The translations under genes were made by a program, and so were the position numbers. A stretch of DNA of 64,000 nt from Lama glama (Eukaryota). How positions within the stretch are numbered: the stretch's first letter is position 1; every line of letters starts with the position of its first letter. The stretch is taken from assembly GCA_028534125.1 (NCBI GenBank), contig CM052817.1, positions 34,908,001-34,972,000 on the forward strand, read 5' to 3'. A model generated the notes under the pieces. That model did not search any database, had not been told where the DNA came from, and saw nothing but the letters and a program-made list of their open reading frames with translations. Positions 53,003 to 64,000 of this stretch are shown here, one piece after another.

Positions 53003-53115
53003 ATGACTACAGCTGCGGAAAGAAAGTATGTTAATATTAGGAAAAGGCTGGATCAGTTGGGATACCGCCAGACTCTGACAGTGGAGTGTTTACCTTTGGT
53101 AGAAAAACTTTTCAG
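53003..53115 (+). CDS. CEP135: CEP135 first coding exon (exon 2; exon starts 52958), MTTAAERKYVNIRKRLDQLGYRQTLTVECLPLVEKLF(S)
   Basis: cttttag acceptor at 52957, ATG 53003, gtaaag donor; matches the CEP135/Bld10 N-terminus. Confidence 0.96.
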
Positions 53116-54170
53116 GTAAAGCTAAAAATAGAGTTCTAAACCTGTGTGATCCTTAATGCCATTTATCTAGTTTCTGATTGAACTTCTGCTTCAGTAAAGA
53201 AATAGGTGGAGTTTTAAAAAGTCCTTAAATCGTCTGAAGCTCCTCTGTTCTTAGGTCCTCCTCCCCTGTCATCAGTTCAGGGCCTCCGCATTGCAGAACC
53301 CCCGAGTCAACCATTTAAACTATGCCGTTCAGAGTAAATGTTTCTGAGGATTTTGCCTGTGAATAAAAGTACAATTTTTAATGTGATTTTCTGATATAGT
53401 TGGAAGTTCTGTATCTGCTTTACTCACTGGTCTTTATTTTTTATTGAAATACAGTTGACATGTCACTGGGCTCTAATTACTGTTACATCTGTAATGGTTC
53501 TCTAATGTGGCTGGCCATTCCTTTACCTGGTACATATTACTGTAACTGAAAGAGTCTTTGTGATTTTTGTTCTTTTCCACGAGTTCTGTTACTGTGATCT
53601 GAGACTTGAGCAGGGAAGTTGCTCAGGAAGCTTTTGCGGTAGGACTGCAAGCGATGATGAGGGAAAGGAGAGAACGAGCATGAAAGATACCTTGTGGTCT
53701 TCAGTAGGGTCTCTAGGATCCCTCATGATCTAGTTCTGGAGCTGCATTTCAGAGTTATAGGGTAGAAGGATGTTTAACTTTCTAAGAAACTGGCAAACTT
53801 TTTCCACAGTGATTTTACAGGTGCACAGCTTCATCTCCCGTGTATGAACCACTGGAAGCTCCTAAACACATGTACACTGTCAACCTTCGTCTCTCCATAT
53901 GCTGTTCTACCTGCCTGTAAAGCCATTCTCCCTTCTCCCGCGTTCCTTGCTAGGATGCTTGGTTAGCTGTATGGCCCGCAGGATTCTGTCACACTTGCCG
54001 CATGTAACCTGAAATACTCATCATTGTTAGAAACTTCTTTTTTCTTCCCGTTAGAATGCAAACTTCATGAGACCATAGGCTGACTCGATCGCTACTATGC
54101 CTAGGACAGGCTGAGCACATAGTTGGCACTGAACTATCTGTTGAGTTTATCACGTAGTAGTATAATTTTT

Positions 54171-54878
54171 TTTAACATTTTTTATTGATTTATAATCATT
54201 TTACAATGTTGTGTCAAATTCCAGTGTTCACAATTTNNNNNNNNNNNNNNNNNNNNNNNNNNNNNNNNNNNNNNNNNNNNNNNNNNNNNNNNNNNNNNNN
54301 NNNNNNNNNNNNNNNNNNNNNNNNNNNNNNNNNNNNNNNNNNNNNNNNNNNNNNNNNNNNNNNNNNNNNNNNNNNNNNNNNNNNNNNNNNNNNNNNNNNN
54401 NNNNNNNNNNNNNNNNNNNNNNNNNNNNNNNNNNNNNNNNNNNNNNNNNNNNNNNNNNNNNNNNNNNNNNNNNNNNNNNNNNNNNNNNNNNNNNNNNNNN
54501 NNNNNNNNNNNNNNNNNNNNNNNNNNNNNNNNNNNNNNNNNNNNNNNNNNNNNNNNNNNNNNNNNNNNNNNNNNNNNNNNNNNNNNNNNNNNNNNNNNNN
54601 NNNNNNNNNNNNNNNNNNNNNNNNNNNNNNNNNNNNNNNNNNNNNNNNNNNNNNNNNNNNNNNNNNNNNNNNNNNNNNNNNNNNNNNNNNNNNNNNNNNN
54701 NNNNNNNNNNNNNNNNNNNNNNNNNNNNNNNNNNNNTGATTTTTGTATATGGTGTAAGGGAGTGTTCTAGCTTCATTGCTTTACATGCTGCTGTCCAGTT
54801 TTCCCAACACCATTTGCTGAAGAGACTGTCTTTATTCCATTGTATATTCTTGCCTCCTTTGTCGAAGATTAGTTGACC
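54171..54878 (-). mobile_element. Young L1 insertion spanning the assembly gap, perfect 15-bp TSD
   Basis: TSD agtagtataattttt at 54156-54170 and 54879-54893; L1 3' tip left of the gap and ORF2 sequence (LIFDKGGK...[13 protein letters not shown]) right of it. Confidence 0.9.
54237..54736. other. Assembly gap (500 N)
   Basis: Directly visible. Confidence 1.
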
Positions 54879-55364
54879 AGTAGTATAATTTTTGACAAAT
54901 TGTTAGTGGAATATAAGCTCCGTGACAGTGGGTTCTCTGCTGTGTTGCCTGCTCAGTAAATATTGATGGACTGACTGCTCCGTTGGTCTCTGTTCTTAGA
55001 GTGATTCTTATTTGTTGTGGTCCTTGTTCTTAGCATATAGACATTCAGTAAATATTCGTTGAATAAACAAATAAGTTTCACAGATCCCACAGCATCAGGT
55101 AACTAGTTAGATGTGGGGGACAAGTGAGAGAGAAGATTGGAAGACGATTCTAACTATGTGGCTCATAACTTTTGATTAATTCTGTTTGAAGAAATTTTTG
55201 AGTACTTCCTGATACTTTGAAAGACTCCTAGTGTTTGTTTATTTTTGGATTTGAGCCCACTTAGCATTAACATTTATTTTAAGTCTTTTTAGAAATATGT
55301 TTTTAGTTATTAAAGGTTAATAGGCTGTTTTCTTGTATTTACATTTTTTGTTCTTTAATATTAG

Positions 55365-55555
55365 TGATCTAGTTCATACAACTGAAAGTCTTCGAAAATC
55401 AAAATTATCTGCTGTGAAAGCTGAAAAAGAAAGTGCCAATTTTGATTTTGTATTGGAACCTTATAAACTTGAAAATGCAAGATTGAGTAGGGAAAATAAT
55501 GAATTATACCTGGAATTAATGAAACTGAGAGAACAATCAGGCCAACACATTAAAG
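55365..55555 (+). CDS. CEP135: CEP135 exon 3, DLVHTTESLRKSKLSAVKAEKESANFDFVLEPYKLENARLSRENNELYLELMKLREQSGQHIK
   Basis: atattag acceptor, gtaaaa donor; 191 nt, phase 2/1. Confidence 0.96.
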
Positions 55556-56316
55556 GTAAAACTATGATTTTTTTAAATGCAGGATTTTTGCCCTTTTTGT
55601 CTTATAGTAGGAAAAGCTAGTCTACTTTTAAAACTATTGATTAGAAAGTGTGACAGTCTTCCTGTTGACAGCTCTTGAAATATCGTAGGGTATATTGAAG
55701 AGTTCTCAAGAAGGAAAATAAATTTGCATTCCATAGCTAAATTCATCTTCACTGTATGAGGATTACATTTTTAGAATTAAAATTTTATAGAAAATATTAA
55801 ATGCTGGTACTGAAAAAATGTTCATGAAACAACTTTGTTATTCTCTTATGGGAAATAAGAGGAGTAAAGTGAGGTGAAAGCCACATATCGTTCTGACTCT
55901 TTACTTCCCTGTCTTTGACCTGGAAGGTAGGAATGGAATAATTTCAAAGGTACTGAGCAAAGAGTAGTTGTATGGCTAACTTAGTACAAGCTCTTCTTAT
56001 ACTTAGTGGAAAGCCCTCTCTAATACCTGGCATGAATTCATAATCCCTTAGCATCATATCCAATTTATTGGATCAGAAATCATGATTTATATTAGGCTCA
56101 TACAGCAGAAGAAAAATGTAATTTCTTTTTTGTGCTTAGTGATTTATTTGCAGTTTTGTTAGTAGTGGTAGAAGACATATAGCCTTTCCAGTAAAGCATA
56201 CGTAAGACTCAGGTGGAGCCTTTCGAATTACTGTGACTTTTTGTATTTTGTGAAATGGAAGCACATCTTACATTTCTTGATCTTAAAAATAGTCTTTGAA
56301 TCTTTTTCATTTTAAG

Positions 56317-56484
56317 AGTTGAAGACTACATTGAAAAAGTGTGCCCATGAAACAGCTGATCTGAAATTTCTAAATAATCAGTATGTTCATAAACTCAGAC
56401 TTTTAGAGAAAGAGAGCAAAGCTAAGAATGAAAAAATTCAACAACTTCAAGAAAAGAATTTGCAAGCTGTAGTACAAACCCCAG
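56317..56484 (+). CDS. CEP135: CEP135 exon 4, ELKTTLKKCAHETADLKFLNNQYVHKLRLLEKESKAKNEKIQQLQEKNLQAVVQTP
   Basis: ttttaag acceptor, gtgagt donor; 168 nt, phase 1/1. Confidence 0.96.
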
Positions 56485-57449
56485 GTGAGTCTGTTCTTTC
56501 TTAAAACAAGTTATGCATGTCTGATCTTTTAAAGATATTAAAACTGTTGCCTGAGATGGAGTTTTGGATTTTCATGCTTAGACTTTAGTATTTGAAAAGA
56601 TGTGTTGGATAGTCACAAAAACTTTCAAATTTATTTCTGAAGATCCAGCTCGTATCTTACACGTGTGCTTAAAAACTTATGTAATAATAGCTTCCTAGAT
56701 ACAAGCAGTCTAACTTCAGTGCCTAAAATTTTATTTCCTTAATCATTAATTAAAATTTTTTCTGTTATTACTATCACTATTATTATTATTTTAGTTCTAA
56801 AAGTAATTCATACTCATTTTGAAAATGATGCACTTTCTTATTTCTTAGTTTATTTTACTGTTTTTAACGTTATGCTCAGTAGTTCTCAAGCAAGGAAAAA
56901 GAAATGATGGGGCATATCCAGAGTTAATGGTTGTCTGGGCATAAAGTTGGTGGAAGAATCTCCAGTACTGGTAACAAGATCACTGAGATGTCTAAACCAT
57001 GGAATTAAGATTATGGAAGTAAGTGAGGCCTAGCAAAGTACTGAACTATGAGACTAGGTAGAGACTGAGGGATTACAGAGCGTGGTGAGGACCAATGGTC
57101 ATTTGGTCAGAATGAAGATTTCCATCATAAGAGAGTTTGAGGACCTGGAAACTGGCTCAGTTCTAACCCATGACAAAGTCCAGGCATAATCATGTACCAT
57201 GTGCCTGTAGCTGAGTGAAGAGGAGCCTCATGAGAGTTGAGGAATTGTGAACTGAGTGGCCAGGGTTGGGGAGGAATCAGTGGGGCTTGAAATGGCAGGA
57301 AATGAGATGGCAAGGAGGACCGTGAGCCAAAGGCAGAACAAATGGAGAAACATGGGAGAAGATCTCAGAAGTAACTAGAAGATTAAGGGAAAAAAAAGGG
57401 GATAATTAGATTTTCTGAGAAAAGAGTGGGACAGTTTGAAGAGAGATTT

Positions 57450-57900
57450 AGGAGGTGTAATCTTTAAAATTTAGTGCCTGAGTGTGGTAGACGGAAAGTC
57501 GAGGAATCCCCAAGTTTCTGTTTCACATGAATGAGTGCGTGGATGACACTGTTTCTTAAGATAACGAGGAAAGTAGAGCAGGAATCCACCCCCCACAGAG
57601 GGTGTGCTGAGTATGTTATATCCACGGGACATTCACATTGAGATTCTAGGATGAAGCATGATATGTAGATCTGTTCTCAGAAGTGTGGTCCCAGATGGAG
57701 ATTCAAATGTGGGAATCATTTGAATATCATGTGAATTGAAGCTACGACTGTGGTAAGGATTATCTAGTGAGATTATGTAGAGTGGGAAGAGAGGAGAACC
57801 AAAGACAGACCCTAGGAAAGTTGGCATCTAAGGCCCTGGTGGAAGCAGAGGGTCTTTGAAAGAAACTGAGAAGGAGCAACCAAGGAGGAGAACCAGGAGA
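57450..57900 (-). mobile_element. L2 LINE fragment
   Basis: ggagattcaaatgtgggaatcatt...gagattatgtagagtgggaagagaggagaaccaaagacagaccctagg typical of antisense L2. Confidence 0.55.
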
Positions 57901-58712
57901 TAAGGGGAGAAGAAAATGGCTTACCTTGTTCAGGTGTGTAACTACAAGCAGGTCATTTAAATACTTTTGACTCGGTTTCTTCAACCTGAAAACAAGAGAT
58001 TAGAAGTATAAAGAAGACAAATTTGTGGGTTATGTTTGTTCTTTGTGAAGGTCAATTAGTTTTTCAAGTATGTGTCTAATCTTGGCCAGATACTGGAAAA
58101 TGTAAGTTATCCATGTAGTTTGGACCAAGACAGGATATATCTAGCCTTAAACAGATATTACTCCTTCTACTTTTAAGGATAATTAAGAAAACATTTCGCA
58201 CTAATTCAGGGTATACATTTTGTTGTATACTAATTTTGCTTCTTAAAGATTCAATTATCTGCTCTTTTGGCATTGCTTAATAATGTCTATTTTAGTTTTC
58301 ACTGCCTTGAGCTCCTTGTTTGACAGTTTTCTGCTGGTGATGACTTCTTGAGCCTATAATAGTGGATACCACAAGGTGCACTCAACTTTTGATCTTGCCA
58401 AAGTCTGGTCCCCATTTAGTGGAGGAACAGATTAAATCTGGGCATACGTATTACGCATGCAGAAAATAAGCATGCTTTATTATTGTGTCTTATTGAAGTT
58501 TTCAGGAGTGCATTGTTTAGTTGAAGATGAAGTAGGTATTTATATATATAAGTATTTATCTATATGAGGGAGAAAACATTTTATCAGTATGTAATATGAG
58601 TTAGATACATACCTTATAACAAAAAGGCTAACCTCCTGAAATGCTTAATTCTAAGACAATGTTTTGTTTTGTTTTCAATTTTTTTTTGAAACACACGTTT
58701 GTATTTTTTTAG

Positions 58713-58854
58713 GTGGCAAAAAAAGAAGTATTGCTTTCAGGCGCCAGCGTATGCAAATTGATGAACCGGTCCCGCCCTCTGAAGTCAGTTCATATCCGGT
58801 TCCTCAGCCAGATGACCCTTACATTGCAGACCTCCTGCAAGTGGCTGATAACAG
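58713..58854 (+). CDS. CEP135: CEP135 exon 5, GGKKRSIAFRRQRMQIDEPVPPSEVSSYPVPQPDDPYIADLLQVADN(R)
   Basis: tttttag acceptor, gtgcat donor; 142 nt, phase 1/2. Confidence 0.96.
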
Positions 58855-60442
58855 GTGCATTAAATAATTCTTTGTTGGCTCTAGTTAATTGATCACTTGG
58901 TTAACCATAAGTTTCCTGATAGTAGGGGTTCTGTCTTAATTATCATTATGTTTGGTGCCTAGCACAGAACTTTCTGCATAAGCACTCACTAAATGCTTTC
59001 GGAATGTATTCTGAATATAGAAGGTTTTTATTTGTTTTGAAACTTCGATTTCAAATAGATCATATATCAGATGTTTCTGTTCATACTTGCTTGAAAACAA
59101 TTCAGTGCCAATCAAGAGCCTGTTTCAGTAGAGTTGCTTTGACATTTAGTTTCATCACCCAAGTAATCTTTTACAGACTCTATTGGTTCAGATTTTTGTC
59201 AAATGCCAGCAGACATGAATAGATTTGTAACTGGCTTTGACATTCTTGCTTCATGATTCTCTAGCTGTATATGCTGTATCTCCTTAAATTGGAATCAGAT
59301 ATAAATTCTGTTTTAATTAAAACTTCAGTAAGCTCTCTGGGAAAGGCATTATGTAGGTGTTCTGGGGATGTAATGATAATAAGGTGATGTTGCAGCTTTT
59401 GAGAAGCTTACAATCCAGTAATAAAGATGAGACAAGGGAAATAACACAAAACATTGTTAGAAAATTGTAAGAGGAACACAGGAGCAAGAGAGCGCTAGTG
59501 GCAGCCAATCTGGTCACAGCTGCAGAAACACTTTAAAATGTGAAATATACTAGTGGAAGTGATTAGTGTAGTGAGCCTTTTACTTTGTAGATTATGCAGA
59601 GAATATGGGGGAGTTTTCTGCTTTATTAATCTCAATATAACAATAAAAAAAATACACTGGGTGAGGTACTAATTAGGATCTCTTAGCTCAGTTATTCTCA
59701 CACAATATTCAGTACCTGTATTTTTAGTTATCTGACCTTACCCATAAAATATTTTGTGATTTGTTTTTCTGGTTCAGTTATAACTAGGACTTAGTGTGTT
59801 AGTATTATTTAAGGAGTTTTTTTGGCTGCATATGTATCACTCTCTTTTTCTTTCTTGTGTCTTAACATTCTCCTTTTCTATCAAACCATTGTAGATGGCA
59901 TCGGTCTCTTATTTGTTTTAATTTACACATGCACATTTAATTGTATTCAGAATCATTTGTGCATAAAGTGTGCATGTTAACTTGGAAAATTGTAGTATGT
60001 CTCAGTATTTTTCTTCTCTTCCAGATTGCAGCACAGTTCAATAGAAAATACAGGGTCATTTAGGGATAGAAAACATTTGAGTCTCTTATTTCATTTAATG
60101 ATACTGTGAATTTCGAACTAGACACTTAGTTCCCTGAACTTAGGAATTGGCAACAGTACCTCAAAGAGTTGTCTTAAGGATCAAAATGCAGTAGTAGACA
60201 TAAAATAATCTTGAGTTTCAAATTATTTACCACTCAACTTTTTGTCTATTCTTGTAGAAGTAAATCTCCAAATGTTGTTCTCTGTTCGTGCTGTGGCTTT
60301 GGAACCCTTTGGCATAGCACTTCGTACCTCATTGAGAAACAGAAAGTAGAGAGTTTTTAAAAGAAGGCATTTAGTTTCACTTCTTATTATTTTTTAATTT
60401 CTTAACAAATGTATGTTGCCATTAGTTATAAATGTGTTTCAG

Positions 60443-60527
60443 AATTCAGGAACTTCAACAAGAAGTCTACCAGTTACAAGAAAAGTTAGCAATGATGGAA
60501 AGCGGACTGAGAGATTATAACAAGCAG
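60443..60527 (+). CDS. CEP135: CEP135 exon 6, IQELQQEVYQLQEKLAMMESGLRDYNKQ (cumulative 233 codons)
   Basis: gtttcag acceptor, gtagga donor; 85 nt, phase 2/0; coding exons sum to 699 nt. Confidence 0.95.
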
Positions 60528-60578
60528 GTAGGATTTTTATTTACTTGCATAGTAGGGATTGAGATGGGTGTGCTGTGA
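60528..60578 (+). CDS. CEP135: Intron-6 read-through tail VGFLFTCIVGIEMGVL* (CEP135mini-like C-terminus)
   Basis: 16 open codons then TGA (60576-60578), giving 249 aa, the length I recall for human CEP135mini; expression here is not shown by sequence. Confidence 0.6.
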   Translation, partial: VGFLFTCIVGIEMGVL

Positions 60579-60623
60579 CTGTAAATGGAATTGGGTTATA
60601 TTTGATACTACTGATACTGAGGG

Positions 60624-62738
60624 TTTTTTTTTTTTAACTGACCTCTGGTTGATTTACAAAGTTGTGTTAATTTCTGGTGTAGAGGAAAGTGATTCACTTA
60701 TATATGTATTTTTTATGTGTTTATATTCTTTTTCATATTCTTGTCCATTATGGTTTATTACAGGATATTGAATATAGTTTCCTGTGCTAAACAGGAGGAC
60801 CTTGTTTATCTATTTTATATATAATACTTTGTATCTGTTAATCCCAGACTCCTAATTTATCCCTCTCCCATCCCCTTGATAACCATAAATTTGCTTTCTA
60901 TGTCTGTGAGTCTGTTTCTGTTTTGTAAATAAGTTCATTTGTGTCACGTTTTTAGATTTTCACATGTAAGAGATATCATATGGTATTCGTCTTTCTCTTT
61001 CTGACTTACTTCACTTACTATGATAATCTTTAGGTCCATCCATGTTGCTGCAAATGGCATTATTTCATTCTTTTTTATGGTGGAGTAGTAGTCCATTTTG
61101 ACACCACATCTTCATTGTCTATTCATCTGTCGATGGACATTTAGGTTGCTTTCATGGCTTGGCTATTGTAAATAATGCTGCTGTAAACATTGGGATACAT
61201 GTATCTTTTCGAATTAGACTTTTTTTCTGGATATATGCCCAGAACTGGGATTGCTAGATCATATGATAACTCTATTTTTAGTTTTTTAAGGAACCTCCAC
61301 ATTGTCCTCCATAGTGGCTGCACCAGTTTACATTCCCACCAGCAATGTAGGACGGTTCCCTTTTTTCCACATCCTCTCCAGCATTTGTTATTTGTATGCT
61401 TTTTAATGATGGCCATTCTGACTGGTGTGAGGTGATACCTCACTGTGGTTTTGTGATGTTCTCTCTGGTAATTAGTGATGTTGAGCATCTTTTCATGTCC
61501 CTGTTGACCATCCGTACGTCTTTGGAGAAATGTCTAATTAGGTCTTCTGCCCATTTTTTGATTGGGTTGTTTGTTTTTTGTTACTGAGTTTTATGAGCTG
61601 TTTGTATATTTTGGAAATTAAGGCCTTGTCAGTCCCATAGTTTGCAAATATTTTCTCCCAGTCTGTAGATTATCTTTTCGTTTTTTTTTTTTTCTTTATG
61701 GTTTCCATGGCTATGCAAAAGCTTATAAGTTTGATTAGGTCCCATTTGTTTATTTTTGCTTTTATTTCTATTGCCTTGATAAACTGATAGAAGAGAACAT
61801 TGGCACAATTTATGTTGGTGAGTGTTTTACCTATGTTCTCTTCTAGGAGTTTCATGGTGTCCTGTCTTATACTTAAGTCTTTAAGCCATTTTGAGTTTAT
61901 TTTTGTGTATGGTATAAGGGAGTGTTCTAACTTCATTGATTTACATGTGGCTGTCCAGCTTTTCCAACACCACTTGCTGAAGAAACTGTCTTTTCTTCGT
62001 CGTAGATTCTTGCCTCCTTTGTCGAAGACCAGTTGACCTTCATGTGTAGGTTGTAATTTTCTTTTTTTTTGGTATTGTCTTTGTTTTTGGTATCAGTGTG
62101 ATGATGACTTCATAGAATGACTTTGGGAGTTTTCCCTCCTCTTCAATCTTTTGAAAGAGTTTTAGAAGATTCAGTATTAAGTTCTGCTTTGTACGTTTGG
62201 TAGAATTCCCCAGTGAGGCCATCTGGTCCTGGACTTTCGTTTGCATGGAGTTTTTTAAATTACAGATTCTATTTCATTTCTAGTAGTTGGTCTGTTCAAG
62301 TTATCTGTTTCTTCTTGATTTAGTTTTGGTGGGCTGCATGTTCCTAGAAACTTGTCCATTTCTTCTAGGTTGTCCAATTTGTTGGCATATAATTGTTCAT
62401 AGTATTTTCTTATGGTTTTCTGTATTTCTGCAGTATTGGTTAGTTCTCCTCTTATATTGCTTATTTTGTTTATTTGGGTCCTCTCTCTTTTCTTCTTGGT
62501 GAGCCTGGCCAGAGGTCTGTCAATTTTGTTTACCCTTTCAAAGAACCAGCTCTTAGTGTTATTGATTTTTTTCTATTGTTTTCATAATCTCTAATTTGTT
62601 TATTTCCTCTCTGATCTTTATTATTTCCTTCCTTCTGCTGACTTTAGTTTTTGTTTGTTCTTCTTTTTCTAATTCTTTAAGGTGGTAGGTTAGGTTGCTT
62701 ATTTGAGATTTTTCTTGTTTTTTGAAGTAAGCTTGTCA
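60624..62738 (-). mobile_element. L1 insertion (~2.1 kb, internally deleted) in CEP135 intron 6
   Basis: Poly-T head, 3'UTR, ORF2 fragments (ORFs 61141..61488, 61670..61936, 62040..62246). Confidence 0.92.
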
Positions 62739-62864
62739 TCATGAGTTTTTAATACAACTTTTCTTTTTCATCAGTTGGTTGGTAGAATTAATAACTGGAA
62801 TGGCTAGGTGCCTTCAGAGCATTCAGCCCATTCCTTTCATTATGCATTGAGGTAAATAGTAGTT

Positions 62865-62919
62865 TTTTGTTTTGTTTTGTTTTGTTTTGTTTTGTTTTGT
62901 TTTGTTTTGTTTTGTTTTT
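62865..62919. repeat. (TTTTG)n pentanucleotide microsatellite, ~11 units
   Basis: Directly visible. Confidence 0.97.
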
Positions 62920-64000
62920 AAGGTGAATCATCTATCTCCCCAAATATTATAACTGTATTAACTGTTTCCATCTCAGGAAGTATTTTATTGAAGTTTGTTA
63001 TGCATTTTAATATGCATTATAATGGTATTTTATATAATTTTTTTACTCTTACTATAGATTTTGTCATTTCGAATATGTCTTTTTGAAAGTTACTCTACTG
63101 TGTTGCCACATTTGTTGCATGATTTTTCTACAAGTACTAGTACCCCGTAAAACAGTTTTCCGAAGAAGCAGGGGAGTTAATAGATGCAGAGTTAGAGCAT
63201 AACTTTAACAAGCTTTGTTCTTTCATACTTTATTTTGATGTCTTTGCTAAATTCTAATTTGGATAATTATAGGCTTTCTTTCTTAATAAGCTTACTGAGG
63301 TTTAAATTGGGTAACACGTTTTTCATTTTCTGCACATGACAGCATTTTTTGGAATGAAGAAATCTGCACATACAAATATAGATATAATTTATGTGTTGGT
63401 ATAACTGTTAAGTTTATAAAGTACTTTGAAGATTACTTGGATAAAATTGAGTTAAAAGGAATTGTAAAAATGTCAAACAAAAAACTTCCTTTATGGAGAG
63501 GTGTTGAAAATATCAGATATGCTCATGAGTTGAATATCATTGATATTTTTCAATTTATAATCAGCCATTTTTTCATCACATTTTTCCAAGTACTTTATGA
63601 ACATAAACTGACTAGTCTTTACCATCTCTGTGAAGTGGCTGAAGCATTTGTAAAAAAATAGCCTGTCCAAAAAAAAAATATCCTGTCCATTCTGATTGAA
63701 ACCACCAATTTATTATGGTTATCAGTCTTGATGGTGTCTGCTCCCTAACAATTTTTTTTTTTGCTTGAGTTTGTTCTGTTTTTTTTTTTTTCAATGTATA
63801 TTCCAGATTTTACTGTTCTTTTCAGGCGCTTTCCCTGACCCAAATATCCTCCTTTTCAGGATATCACCTTTTTTCAATTTCCCATCTCTACCTTTAAAAT
63901 GAGCAGTCTTCACACTCAGGCTCTCCTTAAGACTTAATGGGTAGGGTGGTGGTCTTCCTGTTTAAGGTTTAGTCTTTCTGCCTGTTGTTCCTGGCCCTCC

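Noticed and set aside
54185..54876. ORFs of 182-221 aa
   Set aside because: Artefacts of translating across the N gap.
54860..62056. Two L1 copies seeming to break at the same agttgacc site (54878 and 62038)
   Set aside because: In the second copy L1 similarity continues ~15 nt further to ~62054, so the breakpoints differ.
63437..63661. ORF with IELK resembling the start of the next CEP135 exon
   Set aside because: No AG acceptor before it and similarity stops after three residues; exon 7 lies beyond the window.
1..64000. CRISPR arrays, operons or other prokaryotic systems
   Set aside because: The window is spliced mammalian gene structure plus interspersed repeats; no regularly spaced repeat array seen.

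Overview
Mammalian (most likely camelid, judged from a Vic-1-like tRNA-derived SINE and the young L1 3' ends) genomic DNA, not a prokaryotic locus. The + strand carries the last 11 exons of EXOC1 (exocyst Sec3; 3070-25817, spliced frame intact, 536 codons plus stop, including the 45-nt cassette exon) with a poly(A) signal at 26324. A ~24 kb repeat-rich intergenic spacer follows (L1, MaLR/ERV LTRs, MER20, MIR, L3). Then come the CpG-island promoter, a probable non-coding exon 1 and the first five coding exons of CEP135 (codons 1-233). A 500-N assembly gap lies inside an intronic L1. I found no clearly new biological system. The most interesting signals are RNA-processing and regulatory: an intact 16-codon intron read-through tail matching the CEP135mini isoform with an L1 inserted ~45 nt behind its stop; a spliced uORF and an RFX X-box/YY1/CHR cluster at the CEP135 promoter; RBFOX motifs around the EXOC1 cassette exon; and a candidate 17-nt poison microexon in EXOC1. 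Comparisons to human proteins and repeat family names are from memory, not from a database search.
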